From the human T2T-CHM13v2.0 reference genome, Homo sapiens, in the NCBI RefSeq assembly GCF_009914755.1, contig NC_060943.1: a stretch of DNA of 64,000 nucleotides. One strand, written 5' to 3'. Below the pieces are notes generated by a model. The model searched no databases, was not told the DNA's origin, and worked only from the letters and a program-made list of their open reading frames with translations. Made by a program: the position numbers and the translations under genes. Of the stretch, positions 1 through 21,477 are shown piece after piece; the stretch's first letter is position 1; every line of letters starts with the position of its first letter.

Positions 1-3298
<3,298 letters not shown>

Positions 3299-4185
3299 TT
3301 AGAAAGAAAAGCAGACCAAACTTTTGGTTGGTCATTTTATTGTTTTCACCTCCTCTATAGCCAAAACCTCCCTTATTGCCTGCGTCTGGAGCAGGCCAGT
3401 TCTGCTACCTGTCCACCACCTGGTAAGCCCCTATAGGGAGACCCCATTCACACCCATCAGAGAGGAAGAAATTGGGAAGTGGTTGAGGACATGGGGAAGC
3501 AGGGAGCTGGAGGCATTGCTGGTCAAGGGAGGGGGGTAGACTGGTGGGGGAGATGGAGGCTGTAGCGGGGAAATGGGTCTGAGGCGTCCTCTTCTGGGTG
3601 TACACCCCTGAGAGATCTTCCCACATGTCCTTTGCCACATCATGTGTGTGATGGGAACGGAAGGCAGTCGGGAAGCGCCAGACAGCTTCTGTTTGTCTAT
3701 CTAAGTCTCCTCTCTGTTGGGGTGACACCCTCTGCCTGGAAGGCATGCAGCCAACTGGACTCCACCTGGCTTCTCTTTGGGTTCAGTCAACGGGAGACTT
3801 CAGCAGATGATGCGAAGGCGTGAGGACAGGTGCTATGCTGTCCAGCTCTCTCTCCACTGGGCTGCAGTGTGGCGGGGCGAGGGCTAATGATGGCCATGCT
3901 ATGAGTCAGCTGGTGCCATCCACGCCACTCTCTGCAACTGAAATTTGAAAATTATAAGTAATTCTAAGAAAACAAAGATATATCATCACATTGAGTGATG
4001 ATGGAGACTAGACACGTGGAGAAATTGCAAAGGATATGCCTTTGACAAATGTCAGCCTTTATTTATTTATTTGAGACAGGGTCTTGCTCTGTTGCTCAGG
4101 CAGGAGTACAGTGGTGCAATTAGAGCTCACTGCAGCTTCGACCTCGGGTGTTCAAGTAATCCTCCCACCTCAGCCTCCCGTGTAG

Positions 4186-4410
<225 letters not shown>

Positions 4411-4449
4411 TGACTGCCAGTTATTATTATTTAACAGTGAAACAACAAT

Positions 4450-4640
4450 AGTGGGGTGGCTAAAAGGATAAACTCTAGAGCCAGGCTATCTGGCTTTACC
4501 CCCCATCCCTGCCACTTACTGGCCTTGGGCAAACATCTCTGCCTCTCTGTGCCTCCATTTCCTCATCTGTAAAATGGGGATAATAACAGTATATATCACC
4601 TAGGCTTGTTATAGAAATTAAATGGGTTAATACATGTGGA
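4450..4640 (+). mobile_element. MIR SINE
   Basis: Core CCTCATCTGTAAAATGGGGATAATAACAGT. Confidence 0.85.
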
Positions 4641-4654
4641 TTAGCTTCTACTGC

Positions 4655-5225
4655 TGAAGTTACCTTCAAAACGTAGCTGCTCAAAACTACACCCATTTCT
4701 CATCATTTCTCTGGGTTAGGAGGCTGGACCCAGCTCAGCCAGGTCCTCTGTTTCAGGGACTCTCATAAGCCTGCCATCAAGGCATCAGCTAGGCTGAGGT
4801 CTCATCTGAAGGCTCAACTGGAAAGATCTGCTTCCGGACTCACTCCTGTCTTGGCTAGAGTTGGTTTCTCACAGGCTATTGGACTGGGGGTCTCTGTTCC
4901 TCACAGGCTGTTGGATAGAGATCACTCTCAGTTCCTTACCCCGTGGGCTGCTCTATAGGGCAATTCCCAGCATGGCAGCTGGCCCCATCAAAGCCAGGAA
5001 GCCAAGCCAAAAAGAGAAAGTGGGGGTGATGGTGGGAAGAGAAAGAGAAACAAGACAGGAATCATAGTCTTTTGTAACCTAATCTTGAGAGTGACATCCC
5101 ATCACTGTTCCCCTATTCTATTAAAAATCACTATGTCCAGCTCAAATTCAGAGGAAGGGGATTACTCAAAAGTGTGAGCACTGGGAGGCAGGGACCACTG
5201 GGGGCCTTTTCAGAAGCTGCCCACT
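4655..5225 (-). mobile_element. MaLR LTR (MLT1F/G-like)
   Basis: GTCTCATCTGAAGGCTCAACTGG..ATCTGCTTCC and GAGAGTGACATCCCATCACT motifs. Confidence 0.65.
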
Positions 5226-5244
5226 GCTACATATAAAAGACTTA

Positions 5245-5550
<306 letters not shown>

Positions 5551-5551
5551 T

Positions 5552-5611
5552 TATATATATATATATATATATATATTTCTATATATTTTTTTTTATATAT
5601 TTCTATATATA

Positions 5612-5680
<69 letters not shown>
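5552..5680. repeat. (TA)n microsatellite
   Basis: Interrupted TA tract; pure run of about 32 units at 5616-5680. Confidence 0.98.
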
Positions 5681-5684
<4 letters not shown>

Positions 5685-6505
5685 AAGTCCTAACCCTCAG
5701 TACCACAGAATGTGGCCTTATTTGGAAATCGGGTCGTTTTGATGAAATTAGTTAAGATGAGGCTGTACTGGAGAGGAGGAGTCCTACTCCAATATGACTG
5801 CTATTCATATACACAAGGGAGATTTGGACACAGATTCCCACATAGGGAGGATGCCTGTGCCGATGAAGGCCGAGGCTGAGGTGATGCAGCCACAGGCCAA
5901 GGGATGCCAAGGGTGGCTGGTGACACCCTGGGCAACAAAGTGAGACCCCGTCTCTACAAAACATGAAAACATTAGCCGGGCATGGTGGTATCTGCCCGTA
6001 GTCTCAGCTACTCAGGAGGCTGAAGTGGGAGGATCACTTGAGCCCAGGAGGTTGAGGTCGCAGTGAGCCAAGATCGCAGTGCTGCACTCCAACCTGGGTG
6101 ACAGAGCTAGACCCTGTCTCAAACAAACAAACAAACAGATTGCTGGCAACCACTGGAAGCTAGGGAGAGGCAAGGAAGCACTCCCACAGCAAGGCTGTTC
6201 AACCTGCAGCCTGCAGGCCACATGTGGCCCAGGACAATTTTGAACGTGGCCCAACACAAATTGGTAAACTTTCTTAAAACATTATGAGATTTTTCTTTTT
6301 GCATTTTTGCATTTATTTATTTATTAGTTCATCCATAATTGTTGGTGTTAGTGTATTTCATGTGTGGCCCAAGACAATTCTTCCAATGTGGCCCAAGGAA
6401 GCCGCAATCTTGGACACCCCTCCCATACAGGCTTCAGATGGAGTATGGTCTTGCTGACCTCTTGATCTCAGACTTCCAGAGCCCTGGGACAGCACCCTTC
6501 TGTGG
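5680..6505 (+). mobile_element. MLT1C-like LTR interrupted by an Alu and MER30
   Basis: GTTGAAGTCCTAACCC..CAGAATGTG..TTTGGAAAT, GATTGCTGGCAACCACTGGAAGCTAGG, CTTGATCTCAGACTTC. Confidence 0.75.
6190..6421 (-). mobile_element. MER30 DNA transposon
   Basis: GTGTGGCCCAAGACAATTCTTCCAATGTGGCCC..TTGGACACCCCT terminus. Confidence 0.8.
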
Positions 6506-7452
6506 GTTTTTTTTGTTGTCGTTGTTGTTGTTTTTGTACAAAGTTTCACTCTTGTTGTCCAGGCTGGAGTACAATGGCACGATCTTGGCTCACTGTAACC
6601 TCCGCCTCCTGGGGTCAAGTGATTCTCCTGCCTGAGCCTCCCGAGTAGCTGGGACTACAGGCGCCCGCCACCACGCCCAGCTACTTTTTTGTATTTTTAC
6701 TACAGATGGGGTTTCACCATGTTAGTCAGGATGGTCTCGATCTCCTGACCTCGTGATCCGCCCGCCTCGGCCTCCCAAAGTGCTGGGATTACAGGCGTGA
6801 GCTGCCACACCTGGCCTGAGCATTTCCCTATTTTCAAGTCAGCTGATTTGGAATCTTATTTATTATTATTATTATTTTAGAGATGGCAGGGTCTCACTTT
6901 GTTGCCTAGGCTGGTCTCAAACTCTAGGCTCAAGCGATCCTCTTGTCTCAGCCTCCCAAAGCGCTGGGATTCCAGGCCTGAGCCACCGCTCCCCGCCTGA
7001 ACTTGGAACATTAATTCTACCTGGGGTAAATCTGCACCTAGAGCAGCGTCTGACTGAAGGGCTGGGAGCGGGGATGTGAGCACCCGGGGAACAGGGGTCT
7101 TGAGGACCCTCTTAGAATTGTGCCCACAGCAGGGACTGATAGAGAGAGAGATGGTTGTGGGAGGGGTAGGGAAGGTCGTGGGGGTGTATGTAAAGGGAGG
7201 CCTGAAACCAAGGGTGGGAGGTCATTCCAGGCAAAGAGAGTTGTCCGTGAGAGGCCGCAGAGGAGAGCGCGTGGCCTGTGCTAGGAACCGACAGAGTGCT
7301 GGAGATTAAAGGAGTGAATGATGTGTGTGGAGTGGCTGGCACTGGTGAGCGGGTGAGGTAATAAATAGCAGCAGGGTTATTATCCCACTGTCAGAAGGCT
7401 GGAGGCTGCCCAACCGCTTCACTCCCGCGCTCCGGGTCTGTCTGCCCAGGGC

Positions 7453-8095
7453 TTTCTCTCCCTCTCTCTCTGTCTCTGTCTCTCCCTCTCTATCTCCTCT
7501 GTCTTTCTGTCTCTCTTCCCATCTCTCTGTCTCTCCCTCCCTTTCTCTCCCTCTCTCGCACTGTCTCTCTGTGTGTCTCTTCCTCTCTCTCTCTCCCTCT
7601 CTGCCCCCTCTGTCTCCCCCTCTCTGCCCCCTCTCTCCCCCCTTTACTGCCCCCTCTCTCTCTTCCTCTCTGCCCCCTCTGTCTCCCCTTCTCTGCCCCC
7701 TCTGCCTCCCCCTCACTGCTCCCTCTGTCTCTCCCTCTCTGCCCCTTCTCTCTCCCCCCTCTACCCCCTCTCTCTCCCCCTCTCTGCCCCCTTTCTCTCT
7801 CCGTCTCTGCCCCCTCTCTCTCTCCCTCTCTGCCCCTCTGTCTCTCCCTCTCTGACCCCTCTGTCTCTCTCTCTCTGCCCCTCTGTCTCTCCCTCTCTGT
7901 CCCCTCTGTCTCTCGTGATCTGCCCTCTGACCTCACGATCCCCCTGACCTCGGGATCTCTCGTGATCCCCCTCTGACCTCTCTGCCCTTCTGTCTCTCTC
8001 TCTCTGCCCCTCTGTCTCTCTCTGTCTGCCCCCTCTGTCTCTCCCTCTCTGCCCCTCTGTCTCTCCCTGTCTGCCCCTCTGTCTCTCTCCCTCCC
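7453..8095. repeat. CT-rich polypyrimidine low-complexity repeat (TCTCTGCCCCTCTGTCTCTCCC-like units)
   Basis: About 640 nt, almost all C/T on + strand. Confidence 0.97.
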
Positions 8096-8740
8096 ACTGT
8101 GTGTGACTTTGGGTGGGTCCCTCTCCTCTCCCTGGTTCCTCATCTGCTTCCAAGACTGCCCCCTCCCTCCCTGAGCCCAAAGAGCCGATGCCTGGGGAGG
8201 GCCCAGCCTGGACTAAGGCCCAGCGGCGGGAGGAGCCTGGGTTGGAGGCCGGGAGCAGTGGGGCGAACGGCAGCAAATATTTATGGAGCCAGGTCTGTGC
8301 CAGGCTCAGGGCTGGGTGTGGCGAGATAAGGGGGCCAGGGGAGGCGCCCGGACTTGGCCTCCAACCCGCTTGCCCCAGGGAGGCCGGGAGCCGGGCAGGG
8401 GGAGGTGCCCGGGAAGGAGGGCTGGGCGCTGGGGTCGTGCAGGCAGGGGTCCCCGTGGAGCCTCGGGCCCCTCTGGAGAGTGGTTCACACTTCATAGGTC
8501 AGCTCCAGCCTGGTTGGTATGAAGCCTTCTCCCACGAAGAAGCCCCGAGCACTCTCGCTGCGGTGGCACCTCCCGGCTGTCCCCGGCTTCCCCTTGGGCA
8601 CCAGTCTGTGTTTTGTTAATAGCACCTGAGGTGGAAACAGATGGGCTTCAAGGAAGCAAGTCACATGGAATTGGACCCGAATGCAGATTATCAAATAAGT
8701 ATCTGTGTGTCTACACTGATACAAAGAAATACGAGGATGA

Positions 8741-10610
<1,870 letters not shown>

Positions 10611-10639
10611 GTTTTTTTTTTTTTGCGTTTTTGTTATTT

Positions 10640-10850
10640 ATTGATTGATTTATGTATTAGTTCATCAGCTGTTAGTGTATTTTATGTGTGACCTGAGATA
10701 ATTCTTCCAATGTGGGCCAGGGAAGCCACAAGATTGGACACCCCTGCCCTGCAGGCTTCAGAGGCAGTGTGGCCCTGCCGACACCTTGACCCCAGACTTG
10801 CAGCCCCAGATCCCTGGGACAGCACACTTCCGTGCTCTGCTTTGCCAGGA
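10640..10850. mobile_element. MER30 end joined to an MLT1C fragment (second copy)
   Basis: ATTGGACACCCCTG followed by GGCCCTGCCGACACCTTGA. Confidence 0.75.
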
Positions 10851-11620
10851 CTGCTCTAAACTGTCAAAGTCATCAGAACGAGGCAAGTCTGAGAAACAGT
10901 GGCAGACAGTAAGAGATTAAGGAGGCATGACGGTGAGACGCCATGTGGTATCCTGGGTGGGATCCTGAATGGAAAAAGGTCGTTCGTGACATCTGAGTAA
11001 AGGGCAGAGTTTTGTGCTGTACTAGTGTTTGCTTCTTGGTTTTGACAGACGTGCCATGGTAATGGGAGACGAGAACATTTGGGGAAATTGGGTGAGGGGT
11101 CTGTAGCAAGTCTACTATCACTCACTGCAGCTCTACTATCCCGTCTTAAATGTTTCTAAACAAAAAAGTTTATGTAAGAAAGAAAACCAGGTGGGCTTAT
11201 GGGTACTTTTGCCACACTCCCCACCAGGCTATTCACACAGAAGCCAGGGAGAATCTGTCATACCAGGAGAGGGGAGTTTGTGTTATTCAGGTGTATGTCT
11301 TTGTCCAAATGTATCAAATGGTAACTTGGGAAATGTGGCATTTCACTGTATTTTAATTTTACTAATGACAAGAAGCTTAAATATTTGATATCTTGTTATG
11401 TTATGCATGCTAATAAAACATCAAACAAAAAAGAAAAAGTTTTTTAAAAACCAAAAAAAAATGTTATGCATGCTGAAGTGTTTAGGAGTGAACTGATATG
11501 TTGCTTTGAGAATTGCAAGTTGCATAGAGAAAGATGAATATATGAGAACTCTCTGTGCTTTCTGTTCAATTTTGCTATGAACCTACAACTTCTCTAAAAA
11601 ATAAAATGTATTAATTTTAT
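10850..11620 (+). mobile_element. L1MC-like 3' fragments
   Basis: AAACTGTCAAAGTCATCA..GGTATCCTGGGTGGGATCCTG and GAACTCTCTGTGCTTTCTGTTCAATTTTGCTATGAACCT. Confidence 0.65.
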
Positions 11621-11622
11621 AA

Positions 11623-12310
11623 AGATGGATGATGGATGAATCAATGATGGATAGATGGATGGATGATGCATGAATGGATAGGTGAATGGATGGATGGATG
11701 ATGGATGGATGAATGGATGGTTGGATGAATGGGTGAATGGATGGATGGATGATGGATGGATGAATGGATGAATGGGTGAATCAATTGATGAATGAATAGA
11801 TGGATGGATGGGCAGATGGGCAGATGGATAAATGAATGAATGAATGGATGGGTGAATGGATAGATGGATAGGTGAATGGATGATGGATGAATGAATAGAT
11901 AATGGATGATGGATGAATGGGTGGATGGATGGATGGATGGATGGATGGATGGATGAATGGGTGGCTAAATGGATAGATGCATAGATGGATGGATGATGGA
12001 TGGATAGGTGAATGGATGGTGGATGAATGGGTGGATGGGTGAATGAATGGATGGATGGTTGGGTAAATGGTTGGATGAGTGAGTAGATGGATGGATGGAT
12101 GATGGATGAGTGAATGGATAAATAGATGGGTAAATGATGGATGGATGGGTGGATGAATAGATGAATAGATGGATGGATTATGGATGGATGTATAGATGGA
12201 TGGCTGATGGATAAATGGGTGAATGGATGAATGGATAATGGATGGATGGATGGGTGTATGGAAGGATGGATGGATGTGGGAATGGATGGGTTCATGGATG
12301 GATGGATGAA
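11623..12310. repeat. (GGAT/GAAT)n tetranucleotide array
   Basis: About 690 nt of degenerate GGAT repeats. Confidence 0.97.
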
Positions 12311-12409
12311 TGTAGAGAATGGGTACATAGACATTCGCTGCACAATTATTTTTATTTCCTTATGTTTTTATATTTTTATAATGACATGCTAAAAGGAAAA
12401 AGGAACGTC

Positions 12410-12940
12410 GAATCCTGTCAGCCTCTGCATGAATTCCTCCAAGATTTCCATCTCATTTTGATCAGAAATTGGGTTCTCATGACTCTCTACCCAATCTGGT
12501 ACCCCATCACCTCCTTGATCTCCTCTCCCATTGCTCCCTCCTTTGCTCACTCCTCTCCAGCCACATTGGCCCCTCTGCTCCTTGAACACTCCAGCTATGT
12601 CCCCTCCTCAGAACTTTTGCATCAGATGTGCCCTTCCTCTGGGACACATCCCAGTTATCTGCACTGCTCTCTCGTTCAGCTCTTGGCTTACACAACTGAA
12701 GTTCCTACATGCCCTGTCTTGCATTGTCTTTCTCCATAGCATTTCTCTTTCTCTAAGACGTTTTATAATTTACTTTCTTGCTATGTTTTCTTGCCTGACT
12801 TCCCTCACTAGAATGGAAGCCCCACCTAAAGAGGGATTCATCTATTTTGTTAACCAATGAATAAGCTGCACCTTGGACAGTGCCTGGCACATAGTAGAGG
12901 CTCAGTAATGAGTTTTAGGATGAGTGAATGGAAGACTGAA
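12410..12940 (+). mobile_element. L2 3' fragment
   Basis: CAGCCACATTGGCC..CTTGAACAC and CAGTGCCTGGCACATAGTAGAGGCTCAGTAA..GAATG end. Confidence 0.75.
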
Positions 12941-13111
12941 TGAGGCCAGGCGCAGTGGCTCACGCCTTTAATCCCAGCACTTTTGGAGGCTGAGGCGGAC
13001 AGATCACCTGAGGTCAGGAGTTCGAGAACAGCCTGGCCAACATGGTGAAACCTCATCTCTACTAAAAATAAAAAAATTAGCCGGGAGTGGTGGCAGATGC
13101 CTGTAATCTTA

Positions 13112-13288
<177 letters not shown>

Positions 13289-13791
13289 TTAAAAGCCCAG
13301 GCTTTGCAGTCACAATGCCTGGGATCAAATCTGGCATGGTACTTACTAGCTGTGTGGCCTTGGCTAATTCATTTCACATTTCTGTACTTGAGTTTTCTCA
13401 GGAAAGCAGGGCCTACTGGGAACCTCATAATCGCTAGTGGGCTGTAAATGGTACAGCCACTTTGGGAAACAGTCTGGCACTTTCTTAAAAAGTGAATCAC
13501 ACACTTCCCACACAGCCTAGCAATTCTGCTCCTAGAAATCTGCCCCAAAGAAATGAAAACATATGCCCACACAAAGACCTGTTGCTGGGCGCAGTGGCTC
13601 AGGCCTATAATCCCAGCACTTTGGGAGGCTGAGGCAGGTGGATCACCAGAGGTCAGGAGTTTGAGACTAGCGTGGCCAACATGGTGAAACCCCGTCTCCA
13701 CTAAAAATGCAAAAATTAGCTGGGTGTGGTCGTGTGCCCCTGTAATCCCTGCTACTCGGGAGGCTGAGGTGGGAGAGTTGCTTGAACCTCA

Positions 13792-14259
<468 letters not shown>

Positions 14260-15738
14260 TCAACGGATGAGAGGATAAACAATGTGTGGTGTATCCATAC
14301 AGTGGAATATTATTCAGCTGTAAAAAAGGAATGAAGAGGGTGGGTGCAATGGCTCATGCCTTTGATCCCAGCAGTTTGGGAGAGCAAGGTGGGAGGATTG
14401 CTTGAGCCTAGGAGTTGAAGATCAGCTCGGGCAACATAGTGAGACCCCCATCTCTACAAGAAATAAAAATATTATCCAGGTGTCATGATGCACCCTGTGG
14501 TCCCAGCTGCTCAGGAAACTGGGGAGAGATGGATCACTTGAGGTTGAGGCTGCAGTGAGCCATGATAGCACCACTGGACTCTAGCCTGGGCAACAGAGTG
14601 AGGCCTTCTCTCAATAACAGCAACAACAACAACTAAAAAGCAATTAAGTACTGAACTGACACAATTTACAATGTGAATAGACCTTGAAGACATTATGCTA
14701 AGAGGAGGAAGGCAGTCACCAAAGCTACATATGGCATATTCCATTTATATGAAATGTCTAGAATAGGTTCATCCATAGAGACAAAATAGATTCGTGGTTG
14801 CCCAGAGCTGAGGGTGGGAATGGAAAATGACTATTAACAGGCACAGAATGTCTTTTTGAGGTGATCAAAATATTCTTTTTAAAATTTTTAATTAATTCAT
14901 CAATTTATTTATTATTATTATTATTTTTTAGAGACAGGATCTTGTTCTGTGGCCTTGGCTGGAGTTCAGTGGTGTGATCATAGCTCACTGCAGCCTTCAA
15001 CTCATATAGCTCACTGCAGCCTTCAACTCCTGGGCTCAAGACACCCTCCCACCTCCGTCTCCCAAGTAGCTGGGATTACAGGCACTTGCCACCACAGCCA
15101 GCTAATTTTTGTTCAATGTTTTGTAGCGACAGGGTCTTGCTTTGTTGTCCAGGCTGGTCTCAAACTCTTGGCTCCAAGTGCTCCTGCCGCCTCAGCTTCC
15201 CAAAGTGCTGGGATTACAGACCTGAGCCACCACACCCAGCCTGGAAATATTCTAAAATTGGATTGTGGTGATAGAGGCACAACTCTGTACATTTATTAAA
15301 AATTATCAAATTACGCCTGTAATCCCAGCACTTTGGGAGGCCGAGGTGGGTAGATCATGAGGTCAGGTGTTCAAGACCAGCCTGGCCAACATGGTGAAAC
15401 CCCGTTCATACTAAAAATACAAAAAAAAATTAGTGAGGCGTAGTGGCAGGCACCTGTAATCCCAGCTACTTGGGTGGCTAAGGCAGAGAATTGCTTGAAC
15501 CCAGGAGGCGGAGGTTGCAGTGAACCGAGATCAAGCCACTGCACTTGAGCCTGGGCAACAGAGTGAGACTCTGTCTAAAAAAAAAAAAAAAAAATTATCG
15601 AATTGTACGACCAAATGGATGAAGTCTATATGTAAATGGTACCTCAGTAAAGCTGTTTATGAAAAGGCAAAACGAAAACAGAGCCAATAATAGTATCTAT
15701 TTTATGTGGCTGTTGTGAGGATTAAATGGGCTAATCTA

Positions 15739-16187
<449 letters not shown>

Positions 16188-16463
16188 CTACATAACCACA
16201 ACTCCTTCAATAATCACCGTCATTTGGTGACTTTATCATTCTCTGCATCTGTCCCACGCATCTGGCCTCAGTTTTCCACCTGCGCAATGAAAAAGCTGGG
16301 CTCTATCTCCAAGGCCGTCTTCTCTTTGTCAATTCTGTATTTGGTTCTGAAAATGTTTCTCTTCGAGGCGGCAGATCTGCAATGAGAAGGGTGGGCAAAC
16401 CCATAGAGCCGAGGTGGGGCCCGCGGGTCCTGGAGACCAACATGTGTGTAGGAAGGGGCCTGA

Positions 16464-16954
<491 letters not shown>

Positions 16955-17823
16955 TGATCCACCCACATCAGCCTCCCAAAGTGCTGGGATTACAGGTGTG
17001 AGCCACTGCGCCCGGCCAACAGCAACAACTACTTACCAGGCCCAAGCACTGTCTTCAGCCCTTTCCACTAAGTAACCCATTTAATATGCAAGGCTCATTT
17101 CATAGTAGTGATTACTGAAGCAGGACAAATGGCTTCTTTGCTTTAAGCCCCAATCTGGCCCTTCTATAAGTAGAGCTATGTAATTCCCTCGTTTGATGGG
17201 TTTTGTCCATGACATTGTATGGATAAGGTGTCTGGCCATGGTAGGCTCTCACTAAATAGGAGCCCACATTAAGATATGGTAATAGGGAGCCACTGATGGT
17301 TCCTGAGGAGGGAGTAGCTTTGATGTAATAAAAGCAGACTTCAGCCTCCCATCTCCCCAACACTTGACGCTTGGTTATAGTTTCTCATAGGATCTAGTTC
17401 TTTGGGGAACCAGTCTCATTTGGTAACCCTAATCTATTCGTGCCAATATTGGGTTATTGTTCATCTCCTGAGCTGGATGGTTGGTGTCAAAAGAGTGCCT
17501 AAGGGGTGTCATCAAATACTAGCCCCAACATCCAGCACTGGGCTTAAACTCAGTGATAAACAGTTGGGACAGGCCAGGTACAGTAGCTCACGACTGTAAT
17601 GCCAGCACTTTGGGAGGCTGAGTGGGGAGGATCGCTTGAGGCCGGGAGTTGGAAACCAGCCTGGGCAACATAGTGAGACCTCGTCTCTACAAAAGAAAAA
17701 AGTAGGCCAGGTGCGGTGGCTCACACCTGTAATCCCAGCACTTTGGGAGGCCGAGGGGGGCGGATCACGAGGCCAGGAGTTCAAGATCAGCCTGGCCAAG
17801 ATGGTGAAACCTCATCTCTACTA

Positions 17824-18240
<417 letters not shown>

Positions 18241-18681
18241 TCAAAAAAAAAAAAAAAAATCAAACAAACTAATCCATACAAGCCGGCACAGTGCTAAGGG
18301 CTCAGCCAAGATGTGTGAAATCATTGAAGGTGGAATTATTTGAAGCTTTCGGTGTCATCCTCTCCCACCTTGACCCTCAATCACCATCTTTCTTGCTTCT
18401 CTGCCTCCTTTGATCCATCTAGTATTGTTGACGCACTGGGGAAACAGCTTCCCTCTCAGAGCTTCAGTTTGTTGTCCTGGAAAAGGGGGAGGCTCTGCCC
18501 CTTTCTTGCTGTTTCTTGTGGGTGTGCAGGTACCTAAGTAGTCAACGTCTTTTTTTTTTTTTTTTTTTTTTTGAGATGGAGTCTCGCTCTGTCGCCCAGG
18601 CTGCAGTGCAGTGTTGCAATCTCAGCTCACTGCAACCTCCACCTCCTGGGTTCAAGCAATTCTCCTGTCTCAGCCTCCTGA

Positions 18682-18939
<258 letters not shown>

Positions 18940-19096
18940 TAAGGAAGATTAGCTGAGAGATATCCCTCTTCCTTCCACTCCTGGAACCTAAATAAACGGG
19001 TAAAAAGAAAACAACTGGGCCAGGCGCGGTGGCTCATGCCTGTAATCCCAGCACTTTGGGAGGCTGAGGTGGGTGGATCATGAGGTCAGGTGGTCA

Positions 19097-19570
<474 letters not shown>

Positions 19571-19578
19571 TCAAGCAT

Positions 19579-19897
<319 letters not shown>

Positions 19898-20311
19898 TCA
19901 AGCATGATGGTGCACACCTGTAGTCCCAGCTACTTGGGAGGCTGAGAAGAGAGAATCCCTTGAGCCAGGAAGTCGAGGCTGCAGTGAGCTGTGATCGCAC
20001 CACTGCACTCCAGCCTGGGCAATAGAGCAAGATCCTGTGTCCAAAAAAAAAAAAAAAAAAAATCCTGTAGTACCTACCTCCTAGCCTTTGCCCCTGTTTT
20101 TTCTTTGTCTGGTGTTGTCTTCTCACAGATGTTTCTCTCTCATACCTGGTTCCCTCCATCTTCATTCAAATCAAACATCGCCTGGCCAGAGAAGCCCCAA
20201 CCCCCAGTCCTGCTCTGCCATCATACTGTCTGGTGGTTTACTCTTGGTAGCCCTTATACCTGGTGCTATATTGCATCCTGCTAGGACTTTTTTCAATGAT
20301 GTAATGTTCTA

Positions 20312-20846
<535 letters not shown>

Positions 20847-21192
20847 CCAGACTGGGCAAGATAGCAAGACTCCGTCTCTGCAAGAAATGAAACAATCAGC
20901 TGGGTGTGGTGGCATGCACCTGTAGTCCTAGCTCCTTGAGAGGCTAAGAGGATTGCTTGGGTCTGGGAGTTTGAGACTGCAGTGAGCTATGACTGCACCA
21001 CGGCACTGCAGCTTGGGCAACAGAGTGAGGGAAGAAAGATTATGGAAGCTTTTCTGAGAAAAAAAAAAAGTTATGTTGGACAATGCAGGGCTAGAATTCC
21101 AGCTCTTTCAGAGGAAGGTATTGGACTCCTCCTCAGTGCCTAGTACCACCGCTGACACAGAGTAAGGGTGTGGTAGAGATTGACTGAGTAAG

Positions 21193-21264
21193 GCGCGGAG
21201 CTTCCACAGGGCAGTGGTGAGGATAATCGCGCGGAGCTTCCACAGGGCAGCGGTGACGATGATC
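21193..21264. repeat. 36-bp tandem duplication
   Basis: GCGCGGAGCTTCCACAGGGCAGTGGTGAGGATAATC / GCGCGGAGCTTCCACAGGGCAGCGGTGACGATGATC. Confidence 0.95.
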
Positions 21265-21471
21265 TATCTTCTCACATTCCTGTTTCTTCTCAACCCAGCC
21301 TTCACCGGCTTCTTGCTTGGTTGAGGGCCACATATTTTCTGATGCATCTGTGTCCTTCCTGCTCTGAACCCAAGTTCAGAGTTGGCTGGACAAATCCTGA
21401 CTCGCCCCAGCGCCCCCAGCCTGCCCCACCTCCACAGAACACCTCGCTCTCTTGGATTTCACGAACTCACA

Positions 21472-21477
21472 TTTATT
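21472..21477 (-). terminator. ZNF579 polyadenylation signal AATAAA
   Basis: TTTATT on + strand about 400 nt beyond the stop codon. Confidence 0.8.

Noticed and set aside
7306-8619. Glu/Arg/Gly- and Pro/Leu/Ser-rich ORFs of 94-244 aa
   Set aside because: Products of the CT-rich repeat and adjacent GC-rich DNA; no domain signal
11594-12343. 249-aa His/Pro/Ser/Ile ORF
   Set aside because: Translation of the (GGAT)n repeat
21193-21264. 35-38 bp repeats (here, at 41086 and at 55925) as CRISPR-like arrays
   Set aside because: Two adjacent copies with little or no spacer, in a eukaryotic context with no cas genes
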